A DNA stretch of 59,671 bases, the filler included, from Diploschistes diacapsis (taxonomy: Eukaryota), in the NCBI GenBank assembly GCA_023645945.1. It is 6 parts of 6 records of this genome, joined end to end, with 100 filler letters (N's around TTAATTAATTAA, not from the genome) between each part and the next. Parts side by side here need not be neighbours in the genome. Positions count along the whole stretch, not along the records: positions 49,830 to 59,671 come from JALAIB010000991.1; 5 more parts are not named here. One strand, given 5' to 3'. Numbering within the stretch: position 1 is the stretch's first letter; the number at the start of each line of letters is the position of its first letter. Position numbers and translations under genes: made by a program. The notes under the pieces are model-generated. The model searched no databases. It was not told where the DNA came from and was given only the letters and a program-made list of their open reading frames with translations. This document shows, one piece after another, positions 50,922-59,671 of the stretch.

Positions 50922-51069
50922 TACAAGTATCTAGTATCTGTACAGACTCAAAGGACTGAGCTCTAAAACTGTTCTTTCCATACAGCAGTGCAAACTTGCG
51001 CAACGATGATCCTACACCTGTTAAGAGCTCGCCATCACTATGAAACAATCTGTGAACTGTCTATCTGTT

Positions 51070-52066
51070 CTATCTGGCGGGGCCGGATTCTGGGCTCACG
51101 TCTTCAATGTCCACTCTACGTTTGCCTGCCCAAGTGTCTAGCCTGTTCCAGTCGACGCACTCGTGGTCGTTATACACACGCGATGTGGGTCCATGTTCGG
51201 TGGACCAGAAATACGTCCTGAGAGATATATCTGCTCTGCACATTGCGGCTTCGCGCAACACCTCCAGGCAATGTGCTGTACCTCCTTAGTGACCTCACTG
51301 TATATGCTGCAGTATAGACTTACCTATATGATCAGACTCAAGCTGTTTCTCGAAAATCGTAGCGTTAGGATGATCCTCCGTCCATGTCAAGTGAATCTGC
51401 AGCTGCCGCTTTTGACAATATTACCACATAATGGATTTGAAACCTAAGGCCGGGATGCTTACCACACAGTGTAGTTCGTGATATACTTGCAGTGAGGAAA
51501 GATAGCCAGAACCATCATTCAGCGCCAACGATACGCCGGGATCCGTCTTTGCAACATCTGCAGCAGAGACACGGATATACAGATCTGACCATGGTAAGTG
51601 ATGTTGCTTGTTGGAAGTTCAAGGGCGGGACTAACTAGCCAGTAACTTGTCCCAGGCCTCGCTCAGTCCCTCTTTAGTTCCACCAGAATAATCCTCGGTC
51701 GAGTACGCATTTGCCTGTACAGAATACTTCAAGGAAACCATTTCGTACTTGAGGCTTTGGTATGCGGGAGCTTATTTATATGTAAGTGTCATCCCTCTGC
51801 AATTGATTCGAACACCTACAATGTAATTGTCGTCCTATATTCTCGTGAACACTTGAGCGTTTCGACTTGAGAAACACGAGGGTATATATCATGACAAGCA
51901 CTCCGTGGAATAATATTTGCACGGCCGTCCATCTACGCTTTGATTTTTTCTCGTTTTCTTGTAAGCCATAGGCTGAGTGTTTGGATTGCGCAATAGCTAA
52001 ATGATGGTAAACTTTCTCACTCGACAAGAATGGTTCGATATAATCGGCGCTGTTTATATCCGCCAT
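51070..52066 (-). CDS. DUF3328/UstYa-family oxidase, 264 aa
   Basis: N-terminal TM helix, SPA, EAWDKLL, YHELHCV and DHIAHCLEVLREAAMCRAD (two HxxHC motifs), HECVDW. Exons 52066-51820, 51770-51636, 51584-51463, 51408-51324, 51275-51070. Confidence 0.93.
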
Positions 52067-52606
52067 GGTTTCGTTATCACACAACGACCGATAGAGCAGT
52101 CAACAACAGAAAGTTCAATGTGCAGGACGGATACTTGGGAGGAAAGTAAGGGGAAGGCAGCAGCCATTGTTCGCGACCTACGAGGGCTTGTCGTCTCTAT
52201 CGGCCTATTCCGTTCTTTCGTTTCATCTGATCGTCGTGGTGTGACCCCGTCTCCGAGGTTTTTTTGGGAGTGATTGGATCCTCCACCTGGTCATGTGAAT
52301 CATATGTGATGGACATGCATGCAGTCAGTTCCGCTTCCTACCAGATCCAAATCTGAAAAAGCGCTTCTACCCCTGCTTCAGCTCTGGTCTTTGCCACAGA
52401 TCCGCAGGTAGGGTAGTTGGAACGGCAGAGTACGACGAGTCCTTGACTCGACACAGATTTTGATGATTCTGAAGATGCTGAACTCAGTATAAGTATAAGG
52501 CATCCCCCTGCTCAGGATCGCTCGTCGCTGCCCATCAAGAATTTTCAAAAGTCTAGAACTTACGATTTTCCGAAGATCTCTACGATTCTATTTCTCTACA
52601 ATCAAT

Positions 52607-52813
52607 ATGAAGCTATTTGCATTCGCCACAGTGCTAGCCTTCTCTATCGGTCTTGCTGCTACAAGTCCTCTCCCCGATTGTAAGTCTCAGCATGGAAGGA
52701 CAGGCTTTAGTCACTTTACTTAACCTTTGGCCGTAGTACTCCCACGGGAAGCCGAGCAGTACAGCGATGCCTGGGCACCAGCAAGCGATGACCATGTTCA
52801 GCCAAACCACTGA
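52607..52813 (+). CDS. 49-aa secreted peptide, candidate RiPP precursor (MKLFAFATVLAFSIGLAATSPLPDLLPREAEQYSDAWAPASDDHVQPNH)
   Basis: TATAAG twice near 52488-52499, CAATATG start context, signal peptide, intron 52680-52736 (GTAAGT..CTTAAC..TAG). Not in the ORF track. Confidence 0.8.
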
Positions 52814-53782
52814 TGCGAAGGAATTTAGTGTTTGAAGTGACATCCACATTGTCAGTGGATTCAAATGTTGGCAATGGGGGAAGGGAAAGATATGGCAATA
52901 GCGTCCTGACTGCTGGGACGCCTATGCTCAGGCGTAGCTCTAATCTATCCCATTGACCGTGCTACTTGCGTGCATAACAAAGTGCGACGTGACTCCAATT
53001 GATTGGGCATACGCTACTCCCGTGAATGATCATAGATCTTGGATAATTAAATGGGCCTAATCTTACACCGCGCTTACAGTACTGCGACACCGTGTTTGAA
53101 TATCTAGCATTGTACATTTTGATTGGCACACAAGGCACGGTATCTGGGAGCAGGGCGTTCGCCGTGTGCTTCCACCCACCTCCACACCAAGAAGTAAGCT
53201 TGCGCTGTAAGTTGTATTGTATTACTTGCTTCGTGCTCCAGCTGACTCTGATCCGCACCGATGCGGTGTGCAGATCATGTATGAAAGCCCGCTCGCTACC
53301 TTGCAACTACGATTGGATCTTGATAACGGTAGTAAAACAAAACGCTAAAACGATACGGCGATCAGAGCATCTTTGTGGCCTCGCTAATCTTGTAGAATCA
53401 TGTCGAATCAAAAAGCTCGTTTCTCCTTGATCGCTTTCCTACAACGGAAAAGATATATGCAGTCCTGTATGATAGCGATGTCAGTGCCTTCCACTTGCGT
53501 ATGACTCGGAATTCGCGTTAGCCACACTGCATTTTTGCCTTGTGCCGGTGGTGGTGCCGCGCGAGATGGATGCACCCCTCTTCACAGCTGAAATCTTCCA
53601 TTGGATGCAGCTCCCTCCCATCGTCCCTCTTCTTGTTTTCCAACGCGGGCGACTTTCCGTCCTGCACGTCGTGCGGTCCCCCGAGTATTTAGCTCTTATG
53701 TCGCTCCTATGGCTCACTCTTTCGTAACCCGCAAGATCCTTCCGTCGAGCTGCTCCCATTCGATTGCATTGTACCCGCCATC

Positions 53783-55409
53783 ATGGATGAATCCCCTGGA
53801 AAGATGTACGCGCTTGCGAGCGTGATGACTATGCTCGCCGTTGTCCCAGTGCTGCTCCGATTTCGGGTCAGATCCAATCAAAATCTGTCACTTGGCCCGG
53901 ATGACTGGCTTATGATCCCTGCTCTGGTATGTCTGAAAATCTATTGCTTGTATCGCACACTGACCATGTATATAGATTGGCACTCTGGGTAGCGCGATTG
54001 CAATGTATATCGGTACATCATCAGCCCTACGATACAGACGTTTGGAATTTGGCTGATAAATTCAACAGCAACGGCAGAGGGAGGTCTAGGGCTACACACA
54101 CCAATTGGGCCCGACGGAGCTCCAGATTTCACTGATGCTACCGTTATCTTTCTCAAAGCGAGCTTCGTGACTCTCTTGACTCAGATCGTCACCTTCAGCT
54201 GCACGAAGCTTTCGGTTATCTTCTTCTATCGCCGGTAAGCAGTAGGGAAACACGAAAGCCGGGATGGACTTACATAAATGCAGCATCTTTGTAGGGATAG
54301 TCTTCAACATCGCGTCCTGGACGTTGATCACGATTGTCCTTCTTTGGTCCGTAGGGTACTTCTTTGCGAACCTATTCGAATGCAAGCCTATAGAGGCCAA
54401 TTGGGTGGCCAACGGTGTCAGTTCGACCTGTGTAGATGAATTGACAATGTATATCTCGGAGTCTTGGACCGATGTTTTCACAGACGGTAAGTCACTCGCG
54501 TTGTCGATCGGTTTTCCGCTAATCGTGTAGTCTTGATCCTTTCCTTGCCTCTCCCCATGGTACATAAGCACAATAGCTCCGTTTATTGGATTCCACTAAG
54601 CGGACTGTAGATCTGGAAACTACATATGACAACTGCGCGAAAGTTGGCCCTCTGCGGCGTCTTTCTCTTAGGTGCCCTGTAAGTCATGTTCAGTCCCTGG
54701 AATCGCTTCGTACAGGATTAATCATGCACAAGGACGGTAGTCGCAAGCATCGCCCGACTTGCCGTCTATTACCATATTGAGAATGGTAAACACTCAACAT
54801 TAGTATTCTAACTTGTGCTTATGCTGACTTCTCGTAGTCGCCGATACTGAAGGTGCCGCGGATATCACTTGTAGAGCTCCCTCATTTTCATTCCTCCAAA
54901 AGCCTGCCAATTGGGTGTGCGCTGATATCTTAAACAAGGGCTCGTCGCCCCAACCTTCTACTGGCCGATGATCGAGTCCTCCCTGGGTATTCTCGGCGCC
55001 TGCCTGCCCGCCCTGCGCCCCATCTTCCGTGGCTTTTCGCCAGAGAGCGTCATCCGCAGCATCCGCAGTGCCCTCTCGCTAGACTCCCTAGGCTCCAGGC
55101 ATTCTAAGACCGGGTCCGAGCGCTCGAAGCAGCCAGCCAAAGCCATCGACCAGAATGGCTCCGAAGTCGAGCTGACGGGCGTTCACTCCCTCGGCTCTGC
55201 ACACGGCGAAAGGTTAGTGCTGGAAGAATATTCCAGCTGCACCCCGATTTTCTCCTCGAGACCGACTGGTGTGCTGACTGCTTGCTTTTGACAGTCATCG
55301 CAACGAGACCGGGCTTGCGAAGACTGCGGATTCCGATGTAGAAAGGCCGCACGGTGGAAGTGTGCCGGCGGACGGTATCATGGTTGAGCGATCGTATAAT
55401 GTAGTTTAG
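53783..55409 (+). CDS. PTH11-like / fungal rhodopsin-domain integral membrane protein (multi-exon)
   Basis: LRFRVR..LGPDDWL, TKLSVIFFYRR|IF, FECKPI..W, D|VLILSLPLPM|IWKLHM..RK..VFLLG, WPMIESSLGILGACLPALRP. Confidence 0.9.
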
Positions 55410-55845
55410 TGGCTATCGATGCGGAGAGCAAGATTCATATCTTCTTATATATGGGCATCGTATTTAGTATCTATAGACAGCGTATTATCCACGCCAAACC
55501 CAAAGGAGAGAAATATCGAAGAAATGACATGAAGAATAAAAACCGGTAGATTTAAATGTAGTATTTTCGCCTTCAACGTCAACATAGCGTGTAATCGACG
55601 ACGATCAATAAATCGACTTACGTAGATCGCATCTATAATTATTTTAGATTCAGCATGCAAAGCAACAACAGAAAACTTTTAGCCCTATTTCTGAAAGTAT
55701 GATTGTTCATATGAATTCCGTCTCAAGACCAAACTTATACACCAGAAATTAGCTCGCTCCCCGTAGCTCATCGTGTATATCAAAGCAAAACAATTTCTTC
55801 ATCTCCGACCCGTCTATTTACGAACAGTTTCCTCACTCTTTCGCC

Positions 55846-56856
55846 ATGTCTCCTTCGCCCCTGCCGATCTCGATCTTTCCAGTCGCTCAGCACGACATTC
55901 CTCTACTAGCCGCCGTCGAGGGCGCAGCCATGCAGCCCTTGCCCTTCAACACGTGTTTCTTCCGGCCAGGCGTCGGCGCCGAGCGGCAGCTGGCCTTTTT
56001 CGAAACACAGTTGCGGAGCAAGTTCGAGGGCGCACGCACCGGACCCTCGAGCACCATCTCCACGGCAGACGGAGGGTGGAGGAGGGTGAAGACAGGCTTC
56101 TTGAAAGCCGTGCTTGACAAGGATGCGGGGGGTACGGTGCGGGGGGAAGGCGGTGGGAGCGTGGGCGAGGCAGGGTCGGTGGTCGGCTTTGTCATCTGGA
56201 CGATTCTGGAGCGAGCAGGCGCCGCTGCAGCGAACGGATGTAGAAAGGAGAGCGGAGGAGCGGCGAGGGAGGGGACGTCCGAAGGTGTCGCCGAGATCAT
56301 CAAAAACGGTCTCGGAGGAAAAAATGACGACTTTCCAGATCACGCCCCGGATGACGCCAAAGGCTCGTCGGACACTCCGGTTGTACAGAGAAAAGAGATG
56401 GGCCTACCGGGCAACAAGCTACGTCCGGCAGAAGAGAGGGATGACGACGCAGAACTCCTGAATCCCGCCGCCGCCGAGTGGACGGAACACGCACACGCGC
56501 TTCGATGGCGCGTCACCCAGGGCAGGGGCAGGCACATGTACTTGGATAAGATGTATGTCACGCCGGCTGCGCAGCGGAGGGGCGTTGCGTCCAGGCTGTG
56601 GGCGGCCGGGCCAGGGAGAGAGCTCGTCGGCGGCGGCGTCGATGGCTCGGAGGGTGGGATTTTTCCGATTGACGGAGAGAGGCGGGTACGCTTGGCGGCG
56701 ACGGTCGCGGTGGGCGCCTCGAGACTGTTCTATCAGAGCTTGGGGTTCGAGATGATGGACTCGTACGTGATCGATCTCGAAGCAGCTGCGGGTGTGGAGG
56801 GTGCTGGCTTTGGAGAGTTTTGGTTCTCGGGTCTCTTGAGAGATCATGATGTCTGA
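55846..56856 (+). CDS. GNAT-family N-acetyltransferase
   Basis: VVGFVIW, MYLDKMYVTPAAQRRGVASRL (acetyl-CoA motif A), LFYQSLGF. Confidence 0.88.
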   Translation: MSPSPLPISIFPVAQHDIPLLAAVEGAAMQPLPFNTCFFRPGVGAERQLAFFETQLRSKFEGARTGPSSTISTADGGWRRVKTGFLKAVLDKDAGGTVRGEGGGSVGEAGSVVGFVIWTILERAGAAAANGCRKESGGAAREGTSEGVAEIIKNGLGGKNDDFPDHAPDDAKGSSDTPVVQRKEMGLPGNKLRPAEERDDDAELLNPAAAEWTEHAHALRWRVTQGRGRHMYLDKMYVTPAAQRRGVASRLWAAGPGRELVGGGVDGSEGGIFPIDGERRVRLAATVAVGASRLFYQSLGFEMMDSYVIDLEAAAGVEGAGFGEFWFSGLLRDHDV

Positions 56857-57152
56857 CATCGTATCGCTTTGCCAGCGAGGAGAAGCCATTAGCTGCAAAG
56901 AGATTGGACAGCATGCAATGCCTTTTGCCCTTCACGTCTCCTTGAAAGACTATGTTGTAGATGCGGCTATCACAGAATACAGGGAAGCCAACGGCTAGCG
57001 CTACTACGCGTAGATGACGTTGCAACCCCTTACCTAAAAACTGCTTCACATCATCATGAATAAGTACAACGAAAATTCGAAGCAGAGTATAAAAGATGGC
57101 TTCAAGGCGGGATACCTTGAAGAGGAAAGTAAGCTAGTTTCTCTTCTCTCTT

Positions 57153-59419
57153 ATGGTCGGGACCTCACTATCCTTCCGCCTGGTAGTGTTGTCTACGGTT
57201 GTGTTACTTTGCCTCCAGCCCTTGTTCATGCTCTTCTATAATCTGGCCCGCACTACCATACACATCCCAGTATCGCGCCTCCAGCGAATGACCCGCCATA
57301 TGGCGTCCCCTTCCGTAAATGGATCCAGCAATGGCATCTCTAAGAGGCTTTCATTGGCAGAGCTGCCAAAGTCGAATGTTTTCACATCCAACTTACCAGC
57401 AGATGCAAAGTTCCCTGCACCAGAGGACTCATATAACGCCAGCCGAAAGGATCTTGGCCCGCGTATGGTAAAGAATGCCTTGTACACGTACGTTCGGCCT
57501 GAGAAGAAGGAGGAACCCGAGTTATATGGCGTCAGCCTTCAAGCAATGGAAGATCTTGGCTTGAAAGAAAGTGAGAAAGACACCGAGGACTTCAAGAGCC
57601 TAGTATCAGGTAACAAGATTATGTGGGACCCGAAAACGAAGGAAGGCATCTATCCATGGGCGCAGTGTTACGGAGGTCAGCACTCCATCAAGCACTTCCA
57701 AAAGTATTACTGATATAGTCAAACAGGCTGGCAATTGTAATGGCCCACCTGAGTTCCGTCCTAATTGAGTGAATTCGCTAATGACCATCAGCGGCTCATG
57801 GGCTGGCCAACTAGGAGACGGGGTTTGATGCCACAGCATGAGCTGATAAGATGATAATGCTTACCTTTTATAGCGAGCAATATCTCTCTTCGAATCGACA
57901 AATCCCGAAACCAATGTCCGCTACGAAGTGCAACTTAAAGGCGCCGGCCTGACCCCCTATTCGCGTTTTGCGGACGGAAAAGCCGTAGTGCGTTCTAGCG
58001 TACGAGAGTTTGTAGTCTCTGAAGGTAAATCCCTCCTACCTTCTATATCACCTGCATTAACACCACCCAGCGCTCAACGGCCTTAAGATCCCCAGTACCC
58101 GCGCGCTATCCTTGACACTCACCCGCAAAACCAAAGTCGTCCGCGAACGTCTTGAGCCTGGTGCAATCGTCTGCCGCTTCGCCCAAACTTGGCTGCGTAT
58201 TGGCACATACGACATCCTGCGCGCGCGGGGCGACCGGGCCAACATCCGACGCCTCTCTGACTACCTCTTGACCCACGTTTTTGCCAACCATACCTTCCCT
58301 TCTTCCCCCCTCCCTGAACCCCCCTCTTCCTTTGCTTCCTCATCCGAATCCCCTCAGCTCGAAGAACCACTCCACATAAACCGGTACACCACCCTCTACC
58401 GTCACATCGTTCTCCTCAACGCCCGCACCGTCGCCGCCTGGCAAGCCTATGGCTTCACCAACGGCGTACTCAACACAGACAATACCTCTCTATTCGGCCT
58501 CTCCCTCGACTTCGGGCCCTTCGCATTTATAGACAACTTCGACCCGTCGTACACGCCCAACCATGACGACCACATGCTGCGCTACTCATACCGCAACCAG
58601 CCATCCATAATATGGTGGAACCTCGTCCGCCTGGGGGAAGACCTCGGCGAGCTCCTCGGCTCGGGCCCGCGCGTCGACGACCCGGACTTCGTCACCCAAG
58701 GCGTCTCCTCAAGCTGGGCGCCCGAGCTCGTCGCCCGGGCAGAGCGCATCATCGCAAGCGTGGGCCAAGAATACCAGTCCGTCTTCCTGGACGAATACAA
58801 ACGCCTCCTGTCGCAGCGCCTTGGCCTGAAGACGGTCAAGGAGTCCGACTTCGAAGACCTGCTCTCCGCGCTGCTGGACACGATGGAGGCGCTGGAACTC
58901 GACTTCAGCCACTTCTTCCGCCGCCTCTCCAGCCTCCCTCTCGCGGCGATCGCATCCGCGGAGCAACGGATGGAGAAAGCCGCGCTGTTCTTCCACGCCG
59001 AGGGCCCGACGGGCCTTGGGTCCCAGAACGAGGCCTCGGCGCGCGAGAAAGTGGCCGTCTGGCTGGGCCGCTGGCGCGCGCGGGTCATCGAGGACTGGGG
59101 CTCGGACTCGCCGGAAGGTGTGGAGGAGGTGGAGGAGTGGGATGGCGAGAGGCAAGCGGCGATGAGGCGGATGAATCCAAAGTTTGTGCCGAGGGGGTGG
59201 GTGCTGGACGAGGTTATCAGGAAGGTGGAGAAGGAGGAAGACAAGGGGGTTGTGGAGCGCATCATGCGCATGGTCAGGGATCCGTTCAGGGAGAGTTGGG
59301 CGGAGGAGGGGATGGGCGGTGGAGGACTGAGCGTTGAGGAGCAGAGGGCGGAGGAGGAGAGGTGGTGCGGGGAGGTGCCGAGGACGGAGAGGGGCATCAT
59401 GTGCAGTTGCAGTTCCTAG
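57153..59419 (+). CDS. FMP40: SelO/YdiU-family protein adenylyltransferase (Fmp40)
   Basis: [61 protein letters not shown]-terminal MCSCSS. Contains a 10-nt microexon 57727-57736. Start could be 57153, 57228 or 57288. Confidence 0.95.
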
Positions 59420-59671
59420 AGCGTACGAAGGCGATTTGGAACAAGAAGTGGGAAGCAACATTAAAACAAGAGCTATGGTAAAACATCTGGCATGCGTGAA
59501 CACACATGTCGTTTCAAATTCATTATCATAAATCCAACACTCATCATACCTTGGTTAGTGACATCAATGCATCGGAACCATCCCACCCATCTTATCCAGC
59601 CCCACCTACCGCACCCGCAGACCCAAATCATCCTCGCAGCTCCTCCAGCGCCCGAACATCCCGGCACCTCC

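Noticed and set aside
53783..56856. PTH11-like protein and GNAT as members of the RiPP cluster
   Set aside because: Only proximity supports it and both families are abundant; left unassigned.
59399..59419. Selenocysteine at the SelO C-terminus
   Set aside because: Ends MCSCSS with TGC codons and a TAG stop; no in-frame TGA.
58582..59503. Long antisense and alternative-frame ORFs over SelO (and over GNAT and UPO)
   Set aside because: Shadow ORFs caused by GC-rich codon bias.

Overview
Fungal (Pezizomycotina, possibly lichen-forming) genomic DNA. The window is not one locus. It is six unrelated contigs of decreasing size (9881, 9877, 9868, 9857, 9846, 9842 bp) joined by artificial 100-bp spacers (N44-TTAATTAATTAA-N44), so no synteny can be read across gaps. 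Housekeeping genes: a Zn2Cys6 transcription factor, FMP27/BLTP2, the GCD6 tail, EMG1/NEP1, TRM10, NDUFA13 exon 1, a fructosamine kinase tail and SelO/FMP40. Accessory content includes a heme-thiolate peroxygenase, a PTH11-like membrane protein, a GNAT, several MITEs and CpG-sparing RIP-like relics. Four candidate undescribed systems stand out. (1) A spliced 49-aa secreted peptide gene missing from the ORF track, divergent from a DUF3328/UstYa oxidase: a minimal single-core RiPP locus. (2) A MITE-flanked pair made of an MLKL/Cbl-like helical bundle + Cbl-type EF-hand + multi-Tudor/Agenet protein and a SET-MYND methyltransferase. (3) A divergent PD-(D/E)XK nuclease/AT-hook + Fta2-type kinase pair, resembling a split Spok-like module, next to an orphan tRNA half. 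(4) Nep1-recognition motifs (UUCAAC) in a structured region downstream of EMG1 itself, plus a long structured first intron, suggesting autoregulation. Exon structures were derived by hand and family calls come from motif recognition, without database searches.
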